Part shown: one piece after another, positions 30,807 through 46,001 of the stretch
How the letters are laid out: each line of letters begins with the position of its first letter
Position numbering within the stretch: position 1 is the first letter of the stretch
NCBI GenBank assembly: GCA_045635565.1
Contig: JAZTVX010000065.1
Location: 1 to 55,401, forward strand
Length of the DNA: 55,401 bases
Source: Alphaproteobacteria bacterium
Lineage (GTDB): Bacteria > Pseudomonadota > Alphaproteobacteria > CAAHEQ01 > UBA3637
Direction: 5' to 3'
Notes under the pieces: generated by a model
Databases searched by the model: none
Seen by the model: the letters and a program-made list of their open reading frames with translations, nothing else
What the model was told of the DNA's origin: nothing
Made by a program: the position numbers and the translations under genes

Positions 30807-32966
30807 ATGAATTTTTACTCAGAAAACGGTTCTATCTCCGGCAAACACTCTAATGCAACGGCTGATGCCAAATTATCAATGAAAAAACTGATTGAAAAAG
30901 GCAAAGAACGTGGTTTTATATCCATAACGGAACTGCGTAAGAATCTGCCGACTGAATCGCAGAATGAAGAAACGTTTGAATTAATCCTATCATCTTTTAC
31001 GGATATGGGCATCAACGTCGTTGATGCCGGTGATGATTTGGCTGATTTAACGGAAAGTTTATCAAATAAATCAGCGTTAACAACAACAGATAACGACGAT
31101 GAAGTGATTGCCGATGTTGATGTGAACAGTCGTGTCAACGACCCTGTTCGGTTATACTTACGAGAAATGGGTGCTGTCGAATTGCTCTCACGTGAAGGAG
31201 AAGTCGCCATTGCCAAACGTATCAGCGCCGGTTTTGACGTAATGATGAGCGGATTATCCGAAAGTGCTTTAACGATGAAGGCTCTTTCTTTGTGGAATCA
31301 ACGATTACATAATGGAACTATGTTTTTACGTGAGATTATTGATTTGGAAGCAACATTTGAATCAAATCCCAACAAAGATGAGTTAGACAAGGCTGAACAG
31401 ATTCGTCAAACGGCTAGTTTAGAATTAGCTAAATTGGAAAAATCGGTTGGTATAACCAATAAACAACCAATTGAAACGACACAACACCCGATTGATGATG
31501 ATTTCGAAGTTATTGAGGAAGAAACAGAAGAAGAAATTGATGATTCAGATGATATGTCAACAGAGACATTATCCGATGACGATTCGGATATATCGGATGA
31601 TGATTTAACAGAAATCGATGAAGAAGACACAGATGAATCGGGTGAAGATTCAACTGATTCAGACGAAGATGAAGACGATGAATATGCAGATAATTCATTA
31701 TCTATTGGTCAAATGGAAGAATCTTTATTACCTCAAATTTTAGTTTCTTTCCAAGAAATTGAAAATCTTTACAAAGATTTTGTTGTTGCACAGCAAGAAC
31801 GTTTAACTTTTATTTTAGCAAACAAACCTGTTTCAAAATCTATTGAAACAAAATACAATGATTTGAAAAATGATTTAACGCTTAAACTAAAAGATATTCA
31901 CTTAAACCCTAATCGAATTGAAGAATTGATTGAGCAAATCAATGAAGTTAATCAACGCTTAATTGTTTTGGAAGGTCGGTTATTACGTCTGGCAACGGCA
32001 TCTAAAATTGATCGTGAAGACTTTTTAGCATTTTACCAAAACAGTGAAATGGATATGGATTGGATTAAAAAGGCCGAAAAGAAAAACAGCAAAAACTGGA
32101 AAACATTTATTGAACGCAATTTTGATGAAATTCAAGAAATCAGAACAGCTATTCAACATATTGTCGAAGAAGTTAAAATGCCGATTTCCGAATATCGTCG
32201 ATTAGTTACAACAGTTAAAAAAGGGCGACAAGAAACCAACAAAGCCAAACAAGAAATGATTGAAGCCAATTTGCGATTAGTTATTTCTATTTCTAAAAAA
32301 TACACCAATCGTGGTTTGCAATTCTTGGACTTAATTCAAGAAGGAAACATCGGTTTAATGAAAGCCGTTGATAAATTTGAATATCAACGAGGATATAAAT
32401 TTTCAACTTACGCAACTTGGTGGATTCGTCAATCCATCACACGTGCTATCGCTGATCAAGCACGCACCATTCGAATTCCTGTTCATATGATTGAAACAAT
32501 CAACAAAATGCTCAAAACAGGGCGTCAAATGATGCTGGAAACGGGTCATGAGCCAACACCGGAAGAATTAGCCCCACGTATCAATTTATCCGTGGACAAA
32601 ATCAAAAAAGTTATGAAAATTGCTAAAGAACCGATTTCATTAGAAACACCGGTCGGTGATGAAGAAGATTCACACTTGGGCGACTTTATTGAAGACAAAA
32701 ACACAATTCAACCACTTGAGGCAGCCATTCAAACAAATCTGCGTCAATCGTGTACAGCGGTTTTATCAACATTATCACCTCGTGAAGAACGGGTCTTACG
32801 TATGCGTTTCGGAATCGGTATGAATTCCGATCATACGTTAGAAGAAGTCGGCTTGCAATTTGCAGTTACGCGCGAACGGATTCGTCAAATTGAAGCAAAA
32901 GCCTTACGCAAATTGAAGCATCCTACTCGTTCCAGAAAATTACGTAGTTTTCTTGAAGAAGGATAA
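30807..32966 (+). CDS. rpoD: RNA polymerase sigma factor RpoD
   Basis: [11 protein letters not shown], acidic non-conserved region, [17 protein letters not shown] and [19 protein letters not shown] 30807 preferred over GTG 30792. Confidence 0.99.
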   Translation: MNFYSENGSISGKHSNATADAKLSMKKLIEKGKERGFISITELRKNLPTESQNEETFELILSSFTDMGINVVDAGDDLADLTESLSNKSALTTTDNDDEVIADVDVNSRVNDPVRLYLREMGAVELLSREGEVAIAKRISAGFDVMMSGLSESALTMKALSLWNQRLHNGTMFLREIIDLEATFESNPNKDELDKAEQIRQTASLELAKLEKSVGITNKQPIETTQHPIDDDFEVIEEETEEEIDDSDDMSTETLSDDDSDISDDDLTEIDEEDTDESGEDSTDSDEDEDDEYADNSLSIGQMEESLLPQILVSFQEIENLYKDFVVAQQERLTFILANKPVSKSIETKYNDLKNDLTLKLKDIHLNPNRIEELIEQINEVNQRLIVLEGRLLRLATASKIDREDFLAFYQNSEMDMDWIKKAEKKNSKNWKTFIERNFDEIQEIRTAIQHIVEEVKMPISEYRRLVTTVKKGRQETNKAKQEMIEANLRLVISISKKYTNRGLQFLDLIQEGNIGLMKAVDKFEYQRGYKFSTYATWWIRQSITRAIADQARTIRIPVHMIETINKMLKTGRQMMLETGHEPTPEELAPRINLSVDKIKKVMKIAKEPISLETPVGDEEDSHLGDFIEDKNTIQPLEAAIQTNLRQSCTAVLSTLSPREERVLRMRFGIGMNSDHTLEEVGLQFAVTRERIRQIEAKALRKLKHPTRSRKLRSFLEEG

Positions 32967-32979
32967 ACAGAAAAATGGT

Positions 32980-33010
32980 AAAAGGCAATCAAAAATAGAT
33001 TGCCTTTTTT
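32980..33010 (+). terminator. Rho-independent terminator after rpoD
   Basis: AAAAGGCAATC-aaaaata-GATTGCCTTTTTT. Confidence 0.88.
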
Positions 33011-33134
33011 ATTATCAAATTGCCCTTCCTGAGTAAGCACAGATACATCTCCAATCTCACAATCAAATCAGCAAATTATTGAGACAAACATTACTTGAAA
33101 TATTATACACGACTTACCAATATCACATACATTA

Positions 33135-33713
33135 CTAAGAAAAATCAACTATATCTTTTCGACGGAACAAGTAAACAGGGACACCGATACCCGTTTTAAA
33201 TTGTTGTATTTCTTCTAATTGAGGCAAAGTAAATAATTCCGAAATAACCAAACAATCCGATTTAATTTCATTGGCTAATTTTCGCCCAACTCTGTTTTGG
33301 GCTGTTTTTAAAATATAACAAAAAATCACATCCGCTTCCCGACAAGAATATGTCATAAAGTTTTCGCAATGCCATTGAATGTTTTTTAAATCACGCGATT
33401 TATATCGTGCAAATAAATATGGAATTCTATCCCATTCCAATCCAATAAATCGGTGTTGTGGAAATTCTTTTGCCAATGGAATTAACAATGTTCCCGTACC
33501 ACTTCCCATATCAACAACTGTCATTGATGAATGAGCCTGTTTCAATTTTTCACGTGCACATGATAACATACACTCTTTGGCTTTGCCAACACTGGGAACA
33601 TATGGTGCAAACTGTCCACAACCACACTTACAAAAGGAATATAGTGCATGTACAACAAAAAAAATGCCCGCATAACCGATAAGCAAAATAAATATCAAGA
33701 AAAATAATTTCAT
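33135..33713 (-). CDS. Membrane-anchored class I SAM methyltransferase (FAM173-like)
   Basis: N-terminal TM, APYVPS, VVDMGSGTG, GLE and ADVIFCY motifs. Start taken at ATG 33713. Confidence 0.82.
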   Translation of the reverse strand: MKLFFLIFILLIGYAGIFFVVHALYSFCKCGCGQFAPYVPSVGKAKECMLSCAREKLKQAHSSMTVVDMGSGTGTLLIPLAKEFPQHRFIGLEWDRIPYLFARYKSRDLKNIQWHCENFMTYSCREADVIFCYILKTAQNRVGRKLANEIKSDCLVISELFTLPQLEEIQQFKTGIGVPVYLFRRKDIVDFS

Positions 33714-33846
33714 TATAATATCTCTTTGATAACAAATTACTATATCATTTTGGTGTTCAAATGTCAACTGATAAAAAAAACAAAAAAATGACTTGAAAAA
33801 TACAACAAAATTCTATATAATTGTTGTTCACTTTAAGAGGACATAC

Positions 33847-34416
33847 ATGAAAAAAGAACATACACAATCAAAAAAACCAACCATTCAATTGATTCAATCT
33901 ATTTTATCTAGTGATTTTGCAGGAGTTCAAAAAGCACTTGAATTAGGTGCATATCAACGCATTCACATCACATCTCGCCCTCAGTTATTACATAAAAGCC
34001 ACAAAGAAACAACATATATAACCATTCAAACAACACCTGTCTTGGCGGCATTGCGAGAATGGAACATCAAAAAAACAAAAGACGCTGCAGATATTTTACG
34101 TTTAATGTTAACATCCAATTACGCACCCAGTAAAAACTTTATCACGGTTACATTTGATACTGTTTATCGTGAAAACGGTGTAGCAAAAAAAGAAAAAACG
34201 GAAGAAAACTACTCTGTTTCTGATTTTATACGCTTCAATCAAAACCTATTACAAAATAAAATGGAATATCCACCTTTTTTAAGAGAGTATTTGACCTCAT
34301 CACATATTATTATGGAAATGTTAATTGAACATATTCGTCGAGCCAGACAACACTTTCATAAAATTATGTCACATCAAAAGAGTACTCCTCAAATCTCACA
34401 TCAACACCTAAAATAA
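33847..34416 (+). CDS. Hypothetical basic protein (possible degenerate ankyrin-like N-terminus)
   Basis: RBS AAGAGGA before ATG 33847; LIQSILSSDFAGVQKALELGA and TPVLAAL weakly resemble ankyrin repeats. Confidence 0.7.
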   Translation: MKKEHTQSKKPTIQLIQSILSSDFAGVQKALELGAYQRIHITSRPQLLHKSHKETTYITIQTTPVLAALREWNIKKTKDAADILRLMLTSNYAPSKNFITVTFDTVYRENGVAKKEKTEENYSVSDFIRFNQNLLQNKMEYPPFLREYLTSSHIIMEMLIEHIRRARQHFHKIMSHQKSTPQISHQHLK

Positions 34417-34490
34417 TTATCTCGCCCCGTTGACAAACTGATATATTTTGATATGATAATCCCACAAGAAACCAAAAAAGGGAGAGTCAT

Positions 34491-35459
34491 ATGGTTAAAT
34501 TAGTTAAATCAAGTGTTGATTTGTATCACTTAACGAATATAGAGATGATAACACATCATATCGAAAAGTGTGGTCGTACCTGTTACAAATCAGAAGCTCA
34601 TATTACACCCCAATCAGCTGACAGATTCATCACCGGTATATTAAAATCAGGTCATGAATCTGTCATTGAACATGCTCATTTAATATTTGAACTAGAGCGA
34701 ACCAATCAAAATAAGATGGCTCTTTTTAACTGTTTAGGTGTCGTTCAAGGATTAAATATTACAGAAGATAATCAACAAAATATTTTTATTATTTCTGGCA
34801 ATATGCGTACATTTCGAGATATTTTCAGAAGAACAGGTATTATTGATTTTAACAACATTTTTCAAACCAATCAATCATTATCTATTTTCACACAAGAAAC
34901 TAATAATACAGAACCAACATTTCAAAATTTAAAGTTAATCAACGTTCAAAATTCTTCTTACGGAGATGAACACAATTATGCAACAGCACATATTGTCTGT
35001 GATATTTCCTTGTATAAAGACATTACCCGTCATCGTTTGTGTTCCTTTTCTATTGAGTCAACACGTTACTGTAATTATTCAAAGGACCGTTTCGGTAGCG
35101 AACTGGTCATGCTTCAACCCGTTAATATTCAGGAAGGAACACCGGAATTTAATCTATGGTTTTCATGCATGCAAGAAATTGAGAAAAATTACATGACAAT
35201 GGCTTCTTTGCCTGAAATCAAGGCAGATCAATTACGCATGATGTTACCCCATTCAACGAAAGCCGATGTTATTATGACTTGCAGTTTTAAAGAATGGAAA
35301 CATATTTTTTCATTGCGTTGTGCAAAACAGGCACATCCATCTGTCCGTCAGGGAATGTTGCAGGTACTGAATTTATTATATCAAGCATACCCTAATTCAT
35401 TTGAAGAAGCATACAACCAATTCAAAGAAGATATTGAATTATTCAAGCAATTAAGTTAA
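34491..35459 (+). CDS. thyX: FAD-dependent thymidylate synthase
   Basis: GRTCYKSE, GHESVIEH, RHRLCSFSIESTRY (RHRx7S motif) and LRCAKQAHP. Confidence 0.93.
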   Translation: MVKLVKSSVDLYHLTNIEMITHHIEKCGRTCYKSEAHITPQSADRFITGILKSGHESVIEHAHLIFELERTNQNKMALFNCLGVVQGLNITEDNQQNIFIISGNMRTFRDIFRRTGIIDFNNIFQTNQSLSIFTQETNNTEPTFQNLKLINVQNSSYGDEHNYATAHIVCDISLYKDITRHRLCSFSIESTRYCNYSKDRFGSELVMLQPVNIQEGTPEFNLWFSCMQEIEKNYMTMASLPEIKADQLRMMLPHSTKADVIMTCSFKEWKHIFSLRCAKQAHPSVRQGMLQVLNLLYQAYPNSFEEAYNQFKEDIELFKQLS

Positions 35460-35480
35460 AAACGAAAAACAAACGATACA

Positions 35481-36323
35481 TTAAAAGAATTCATAATCAT
35501 CTTTATTTGTGCGTTCATTTTTCATATATTCTTTTACACTTCTTTTAGGCTGGAATCGAAGGAATTGACGTTTCTTTGTAACTTCAAAATCATACTTTTC
35601 ATTAAAGTCTTCATATGTTTCATATTGAACTTTTGTTTCTTCTTTCCAGTCTGTCACAGGATTAAAGTCATCATCATATACGGCTAAATCACCATTATTC
35701 TCCGGATTATTTTTAGAACGCCGTTTCCGACGAGATGTGACCTCTTTTTGTTTCATCTTATTTTCATATGATATCAACATTTTCGTTAAATGTTCCCCAA
35801 TACTTGTTTCATAAAAATCGAAATCAGACCATTTCGAATCTGATGAAAATACATTGACAACTTCAGGATGATTATAATAAGTCATAAAATCAACTAAATG
35901 TGCGTCAAAGTCATCAACATTCTGAAAAGGACCTTCATCTTGTAGACTTACCGATAAAACTTTTTGAAATTTCGTTAAAAATGTCGATTGCGAACGTCGA
36001 ATACCATGAGAGATATCCATTTCATTTAGCAAACGTTCAAATGGATGCCTTGACTTATGTCGTCTAACATAAAATTCTTTTTTGAGATATGTGACAACAT
36101 GTTGGATAGACATTTGATGAATATCAGAATATGCCTGAAACGATCTGATAGCAGAAAACATAATTGTCAACGGTTGAATGTTGGGCATCCGATCCATCCA
36201 AACCAATTTACGACCTGTATTCAAAACAATCAGCAGATAAAGTTCTTTTTTCGGCTCATTTGCAATCAAACCGGCATTTAACTTAATCCAATCGACATAA
36301 ACCGTCTTTAAATTTCCAGACAT
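35481..36323 (-). CDS. Hypothetical protein resembling a degenerate IS481-type integrase core
   Basis: VYVDW..LYLLIVLN, VVTYLKKEF, HPFERLLNEMDISH and FQNVDDFDAHLVDFMTYYNH appear in the order expected for an rve/IS481 core. Recognised by eye only. Confidence 0.55.
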   Translation of the reverse strand: MSGNLKTVYVDWIKLNAGLIANEPKKELYLLIVLNTGRKLVWMDRMPNIQPLTIMFSAIRSFQAYSDIHQMSIQHVVTYLKKEFYVRRHKSRHPFERLLNEMDISHGIRRSQSTFLTKFQKVLSVSLQDEGPFQNVDDFDAHLVDFMTYYNHPEVVNVFSSDSKWSDFDFYETSIGEHLTKMLISYENKMKQKEVTSRRKRRSKNNPENNGDLAVYDDDFNPVTDWKEETKVQYETYEDFNEKYDFEVTKKRQFLRFQPKRSVKEYMKNERTNKDDYEFF

Positions 36324-36335
36324 ATGTACAAAAAA

Positions 36336-36692
36336 CTATATATATTCAGATAAATAGTGTTTTAATTCTTCTAAATCGGCACAAACCTTATCAACATCAA
36401 CACCGATAGTCACATCTGTAGTAACTTGACTTAAAGATGTTTCAGTTTCTTTTGATTGCGGCATTTTAAGCCGTTTTTGAACACCTTTAATCGTAAAACC
36501 TTCTTTGTAGAGAAAGTCACGAATGCGAGCCAATAAAACAACATCTTCAGCTTGGTAATAACGCCGCCCCATGCGTTTAATCGGCTTAATTTGATGAAAT
36601 TGAGTTTCCCAAAAACGTAAAACGGACGCCGGAACTTGCAGTAAATCCGCAACTTCCGTAATCGTCCGATAAGCGTTTTCAGCTTTTAACAT
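36336..36692 (-). CDS. MerR family transcriptional regulator
   Basis: [37 protein letters not shown]; usual neighbour of ihfA. Confidence 0.95.
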   Translation of the reverse strand: MLKAENAYRTITEVADLLQVPASVLRFWETQFHQIKPIKRMGRRYYQAEDVVLLARIRDFLYKEGFTIKGVQKRLKMPQSKETETSLSQVTTDVTIGVDVDKVCADLEELKHYLSEYI

Positions 36693-36988
36693 TATTCGTC
36701 AGAACCCTTTAAAGCATCTTTTAACGTATTAGAAGCCTTAAATGAAACAACCGTACGAGGTGTAATCGCATGCGTTTCCCCCGTCTTCGGATTACGACCG
36801 ATACGTTCTCTTTTAGCGTGAGGAATGAATGTTGCAAATTTTGAAATTTTGACCGTTTCGCCCTTTTCAAGTGCTGAAACGACATTTGACAAAACTTGTT
36901 CAATTAATTTAAAGGATTCTGCATGTGAAAATCCAAGTTCCGTGTAAATCGAATCTGCAATATCTGCTCTGGTTACTGTTTGTGTCAT
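36692..36988 (-). CDS. ihfA: Integration host factor subunit alpha
   Basis: [14 protein letters not shown] and [12 protein letters not shown]; follows fabH. Confidence 0.93.
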   Translation of the reverse strand: MTQTVTRADIADSIYTELGFSHAESFKLIEQVLSNVVSALEKGETVKISKFATFIPHAKRERIGRNPKTGETHAITPRTVVSFKASNTLKDALKGSDE

Positions 36989-37056
36989 AGTATTTTCCTC
37001 TTTTTTGTCTTCAATAATTATATCCCATATTTTTTAATTAACATCAAGTGTTTTTT

Positions 37057-38025
37057 TTACAATCTTATCAGGCCACCTGCCCATGTAAAACCACCACCCA
37101 TAGCATCAAGTAAAATCAGTTGTCCTTTTCTCAAACGACCACTCTTAATACCCTCATACAATGCTAATGGGATTGATGCCGCTGACGTATTACCCTGATA
37201 AGGCAATGTCAACATAACCTTTTCCATATCAAATCCGAGTTTTTTTGCTGTTCCTTCAATAATACGAACATTGGCTTGATGAGGCACAAGATAATCAACC
37301 TCAGATACAGAAACACCCGTCTTAGCCAAAACTTCCTCGGCAACATCCGATAAATTCGTAACAGCATGACGAAAGACTTCCCGTCCTTCCATTAAAACAT
37401 AACCGGCATTCTGCGTACGGGAAACCCCTCCCGTTGTCGTCAACAATTGACGATAACGTCCGTCAGAATGAATAATAATATCTAATATCCCTGTATTTGT
37501 TTCATCTTCTTCAGGCGTAGAAGCACCGTACACAACGGCCCCAGCACCATCACCAAACAACACACAAGTATTCCTGTCTTTCCAATCAACGATTCGTGAT
37601 AATGTCTCTGCCCCAATAACCAATACATGTCGAACCTGTCCGGAGCAAATAAATTGATTAGCAATACTGGACGCATACATAAATCCGGAACATGCAGCCT
37701 GCACATCAAACGCACAACCTTGTGTCATTCCAATGGCTTCTTGCACTTTAACAGCCGTCGCAGGTGTTGTATCATCGGGCGTCGTCGTTGCCAAAATAAC
37801 CATATCAATATCAGCCCCGGTTAAACCGGCATTAGCAAGTGCCTCCTGTGCTGCCCGAATGGCTAATGTTGAGGTAAATTCATCCGTAGAGGCAATATGA
37901 CGCGTTTCAATACCAGTCCGTTCACGAATCCACGCATCGCTGGTTTCAACCATTTTTTCTAAATCAGCATTCGTTAAAACCTTTTCAGGCAAGTAACCAC
38001 CAACACCACGAACAACAGATCTCAT
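37057..38025 (-). CDS. fabH: Beta-ketoacyl-ACP synthase III
   Basis: AACSGF, LFGDGAGA, PHQAN and GNTSAAS motifs. Confidence 0.98.
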   Translation of the reverse strand: MRSVVRGVGGYLPEKVLTNADLEKMVETSDAWIRERTGIETRHIASTDEFTSTLAIRAAQEALANAGLTGADIDMVILATTTPDDTTPATAVKVQEAIGMTQGCAFDVQAACSGFMYASSIANQFICSGQVRHVLVIGAETLSRIVDWKDRNTCVLFGDGAGAVVYGASTPEEDETNTGILDIIIHSDGRYRQLLTTTGGVSRTQNAGYVLMEGREVFRHAVTNLSDVAEEVLAKTGVSVSEVDYLVPHQANVRIIEGTAKKLGFDMEKVMLTLPYQGNTSAASIPLALYEGIKSGRLRKGQLILLDAMGGGFTWAGGLIRL

Positions 38026-38040
38026 AATACCCCCCGTTGA

Positions 38041-39087
38041 TTATTGTTCAATCGACATATCCGGAACATCAACATCCATAACGTGTTTCAGTTCTTCTTT
38101 AATTTTTTCACATAAATCATTTCTTGCCATACGAATAGCGGCTTCAACAGCATAAGAAAATGCCATAGCATCTGCACCGCCGTGACTTTTAACCGAAATC
38201 CCCTTTAACCCCAAAAACATGGCTCCGTTATAACGTCGCGGATCCATCTTGGCTTTTAATTTATTCAATGCTGAACGAGCAATCAAAAAACCAAGAGATG
38301 ATAATAGAGAACTTCTAACCGTTTGTTTCAAACTGGTTGTAATAAATTTTGCTGTTCCCTCAATTGTTTTTAAAGCAACATTACCAGAAAAACCATCAGC
38401 AACAACAACATCAGATTTTCCCAAACAAATATCGTTTCCTTCGACAAAGCCGATAAAATTTACTTTACCATTTAAATCTTTTAAAATACTTGCCGCCTCA
38501 CGAATTTCGTCACGTCCTTTCGTTTCTTCCGAACCGATATTTAGCAGACCGATAGATGGTTGTGTTGACTGAAACAAAACACGATGCAAAACGTGACCCA
38601 TAATTGAAAACTCAACCAAATTTTGAGAATTACATTCAGCATTAGCACCTAAGTCCAATGCAACGACAGGTCCATTCAACGTCGGCAATACACCGGCTAT
38701 AGCAGGTCTGTCAATACCGGAAAGCGTACCCAAACAAATTTTGCTCATAGCCATTAACGCACCGGTATTACCCGCTGAAACAACAGCCTTTGCATACCCA
38801 TTACGTACAGACATAATAGCCTTCCACATGCTACTTTCCCGCCCTGAACGAACAGCAACGGATGGTTTAGCATCCCCCTTAATCACGTCAGTCGTGTGAT
38901 GTATTTTATAACGATCATCTGGCAAACAATACTTATCTGCCAACTCCTTTATCCGAGGTTCATCACCGTACAAGAAAAAGAATACATCTTTATCTGTTGA
39001 CGCCACACGGCTGACACCATCAATAACCGACTCCGGAGCATTATCGCCCCCCATCGTATCAATCGAAATGACTAAGGTATTACTCAA
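38041..39087 (-). CDS. plsX: Phosphate acyltransferase PlsX
   Basis: DTMGGDNAP, SAGNTGA, LDLGAN, DGFSGN and KSHG motifs; TTG start. Confidence 0.97.
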   Translation of the reverse strand: MSNTLVISIDTMGGDNAPESVIDGVSRVASTDKDVFFFLYGDEPRIKELADKYCLPDDRYKIHHTTDVIKGDAKPSVAVRSGRESSMWKAIMSVRNGYAKAVVSAGNTGALMAMSKICLGTLSGIDRPAIAGVLPTLNGPVVALDLGANAECNSQNLVEFSIMGHVLHRVLFQSTQPSIGLLNIGSEETKGRDEIREAASILKDLNGKVNFIGFVEGNDICLGKSDVVVADGFSGNVALKTIEGTAKFITTSLKQTVRSSLLSSLGFLIARSALNKLKAKMDPRRYNGAMFLGLKGISVKSHGGADAMAFSYAVEAAIRMARNDLCEKIKEELKHVMDVDVPDMSIEQ

Positions 39088-39098
39088 ACACTTATTCC

Positions 39099-39290
39099 TT
39101 ATTTAGTTTCTTTATCTGCCGAAACAATAATTTCTTTTTTATTGTATGTACCACATGATTCACAAACATGATGTGGACGTACTAATTCGCCGCACTTCGG
39201 ACATTCATTAACAGCATTTGTGCTCAATGCCAAATGTGAACGACGCATATTCTTTTTTGATTTAGATGTTTTTTTCTTAGGTACTGCCAT
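39099..39290 (-). CDS. rpmF: 50S ribosomal protein L32
   Basis: [30 protein letters not shown]. Confidence 0.98.
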   Translation of the reverse strand: MAVPKKKTSKSKKNMRRSHLALSTNAVNECPKCGELVRPHHVCESCGTYNKKEIIVSADKETK

Positions 39291-39425
39291 TTTTAACTCT
39301 CTCTTACAAAATTACCGGAACACCAACCATTGATGTCCCCTTTTACACAAATAGGACTACTTTATACATAAAATTTATTTGTTTTGCAAGTGTTTTTTTG
39401 ATATTTCATAAAAAAAACACTCCTT

Positions 39426-42164
39426 TCACTTTCTAAAAAATTTTTTAATAGCCTTCAAACGTTCATCAATTGACAACGGAACACTGCCTTGCGATGTTGT
39501 ATTCAAGATATCTTCCAATGTTATTTGAAGTGTATCCGTATATGTCGTCTTAATTTGATCAGGTAACATACGTCCTTCAAAACTTAAATAAGCATTCAAC
39601 TGATTAGAATTTGCCTGTGTCAACAATATATTACCTGTACGCAACATATATTCATCACTCTTCCTAAACAAAGCACTGCGAATTTGAGGATTGTCACCCG
39701 TATATTTTAAACCGACATTAGATGCTCGTATTTCACCGTTAACCACAGAGAATGTATTATCTTTAATTTCAATCGGCAAACTGATACTAACCTGACCTTC
39801 CGCTGTCAAACCATCAATTTTCCACTGTTTATCCAATAATGACACATCTACATCCGTATTTTTCAAATAAACAGTTGTACCATTTGACCGATAAGGAATC
39901 ATCAGATTATCTACACCCAAAGATACCCCGTTCAATTCCGTATTTAAACGAGCAATTCGCATCATCTGATTATCAAACTTCAAAGTGGCTATTGTGTTTC
40001 TAAATGGCAAAGAACCATTTATCTCTCCAATATAAACTTCTTGTGCTCCAGCCGTTATAAAAGGAACCAGCGACTGAACCGTTAACACTGTATTCAAATC
40101 TTTTATTTGGATGTTACCCGCTTTAAAACCAACATTTTCCATCATAAGATAGAATGGACCGCCAACTTGTTTTTCGCTTTTCCAGTTAATCTTTCCGTAT
40201 AACGCCATACGTCCTTTTGGCGTCGTTGCAAAACCAGGAAACACATCTGAAATAGATTTTAAATTTTCCTTAACATCAGATAATTCAAACGGCATAACAA
40301 CAACATTTCCTTGGAAAACACCAGAAAGCAAATTCGCTGTTCCGACATATTGTGCCTTAATTTTATTATCTAACATACCTATAACAGCACCCATAACCCC
40401 CTTATCACGACGCATATCCATCGCAAAAGGAATTTTCATCAACCGATTATTCAGCAATGTCACTTTGGGAGATGTAAAACGAACAGGCGTATCAGTATCC
40501 CATATATTATCAATTAAAACATCAGCCTTTTCGAAACGTACATCCGTCGAACCATATGACGCATCATCCATTTGAACGCGCAAGTGTGATTCCTGATTTT
40601 TAGAACTGGCCAGACCAACCAAATTCAAATCTTTTGCCTCAATGTCAATTTTGTTATTATTGCCATTTTTAGTACCGGCATATGAAAGATTGGACATAGC
40701 CACATCGAACAAAAATCCTTTTTCATCTACTTTAAAACTCGTTTTCTTATTCGGTTTTAATGTAAATGTTGTACGTTCCGTCGAAATATATGTATTGCCG
40801 TAATGTGTCAAACGACTGTTTTGCACCGAAACAGGTACATTTGATTTAATTTCATATGAACAGGTAAAATCTTTGCAATTCAAATCACCTCTAAACGTAC
40901 CCGTTGCATTTGCCAAACTAAAATCCTGTGTATAGAATGATTGCATATTAAAACGAATCGGTTTTGTACTGCTCAAATTAGAAAAATGTTTAATATCCAA
41001 ACCTTCGAACACCATTTGAATTTCAGTTTTCGTTTCATCTGCTTTATCACGTACTTCTTGGTTAATCAAAGATAAACCGACTGTGCCACGATACACTTTT
41101 TTATTTTTCTTCAAATCAACTTTAATTTTTTTGGTATTTTTACCATATGCCATATCAAGCGTACCGTTAATGGCCGAAAGAGAAGTTTTATCTGTTTTAA
41201 TTTTAAATTTTCCCGAAATGTTTTCCGGCTGACGATTGGGAAAAGACAATGTACCGGACATAATTTCCAAATTCCAATCCAGATTATTACCGGAACCACC
41301 CATCGTCAACAATGCACTAATATTCATATAATCTTGTTTGATAGTAATCGGAATACTCACATTCGGACTTTTTTCATAAACCCCATTAACCGACAACAAG
41401 ACGGGCAATTTATACTTTTTACCTTCAATATTCAAAATTGCCCCTGGAACAGAGATAGAACCAATACGATATCTCATCTTGCCGGACTGATTCAACTTCA
41501 TCAAAACTTCAATCAATTTTCCTGTTTCAAGTTTATCATCTTTTTCTTTAATTTTGATAATTGCCCCTTCAAGGCTGACAGCTTTAATTCGCCCCTTTAG
41601 AAAATCAGAAAAATCCGAGCGAATCAAAACACGTCGAATACTATATGTACCATCTTTACTTTTTAAATTCTTCAATTCAATACGGGACAAAGAATATTCA
41701 TTCATATCCCAAGTGGCTTCAATACCGCTATTCTTCAAATAATCAGCAACATATTTGGGATAATTCATGTATGAATAAATTAAAATAAACAAAGAAGCAA
41801 TACCCCCGATATATACAAGGGCAACAAACAAACACCAAACCATCTTCAATGCCGAAAAAACAGCTGAATACCGATGTTGAATTTCAGCCCACTTAATCGT
41901 GGCACGCATCATAAAAACAGTGAACAATTTTGAAAAAGAAATTTCTTTGCGAACTTTTTTCTTTTGTTCTTTTTCATTTTTTTTATCTTCGGCAGATATG
42001 ATAGTTAACAAATCGACCGGCTTTTCGTCGGTTTCATCTGCTCTGTTGTTTGATGATTGAGAAGTCATACCGGATTGTGATACAGATTGCTGTTTTAAAT
42101 ATGCTTCCAGTTCTTCTTCCATGCTTTGTGTGGTATCATTTTGTATTTGTTTTGAATCAACCAT
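39426..42164 (-). CDS. Large membrane-anchored beta-rich protein, YdbH/AsmA-like
   Basis: Single TM near the N-terminus, a long amphipathic beta-strand pattern, and C-terminal DGLTAEGQVSISLPIEI..NG similar to YdbH-family proteins. Confidence 0.65.
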   Translation of the reverse strand: MVDSKQIQNDTTQSMEEELEAYLKQQSVSQSGMTSQSSNNRADETDEKPVDLLTIISAEDKKNEKEQKKKVRKEISFSKLFTVFMMRATIKWAEIQHRYSAVFSALKMVWCLFVALVYIGGIASLFILIYSYMNYPKYVADYLKNSGIEATWDMNEYSLSRIELKNLKSKDGTYSIRRVLIRSDFSDFLKGRIKAVSLEGAIIKIKEKDDKLETGKLIEVLMKLNQSGKMRYRIGSISVPGAILNIEGKKYKLPVLLSVNGVYEKSPNVSIPITIKQDYMNISALLTMGGSGNNLDWNLEIMSGTLSFPNRQPENISGKFKIKTDKTSLSAINGTLDMAYGKNTKKIKVDLKKNKKVYRGTVGLSLINQEVRDKADETKTEIQMVFEGLDIKHFSNLSSTKPIRFNMQSFYTQDFSLANATGTFRGDLNCKDFTCSYEIKSNVPVSVQNSRLTHYGNTYISTERTTFTLKPNKKTSFKVDEKGFLFDVAMSNLSYAGTKNGNNNKIDIEAKDLNLVGLASSKNQESHLRVQMDDASYGSTDVRFEKADVLIDNIWDTDTPVRFTSPKVTLLNNRLMKIPFAMDMRRDKGVMGAVIGMLDNKIKAQYVGTANLLSGVFQGNVVVMPFELSDVKENLKSISDVFPGFATTPKGRMALYGKINWKSEKQVGGPFYLMMENVGFKAGNIQIKDLNTVLTVQSLVPFITAGAQEVYIGEINGSLPFRNTIATLKFDNQMMRIARLNTELNGVSLGVDNLMIPYRSNGTTVYLKNTDVDVSLLDKQWKIDGLTAEGQVSISLPIEIKDNTFSVVNGEIRASNVGLKYTGDNPQIRSALFRKSDEYMLRTGNILLTQANSNQLNAYLSFEGRMLPDQIKTTYTDTLQITLEDILNTTSQGSVPLSIDERLKAIKKFFRK

Positions 42165-42211
42165 GTTGCTCCCCTTATCATATCAATCAGTTAAGCATAC
42201 TTTTTTTTTTA

Positions 42212-45984
<3,773 letters not shown>

Positions 45985-46001
45985 TATTTTCCCTTATAAA
46001 G

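Noticed and set aside
31490-31690. GAT/GAA-rich quasi-repeats within rpoD
   Set aside because: They encode the ordinary acidic non-conserved region of sigma70.
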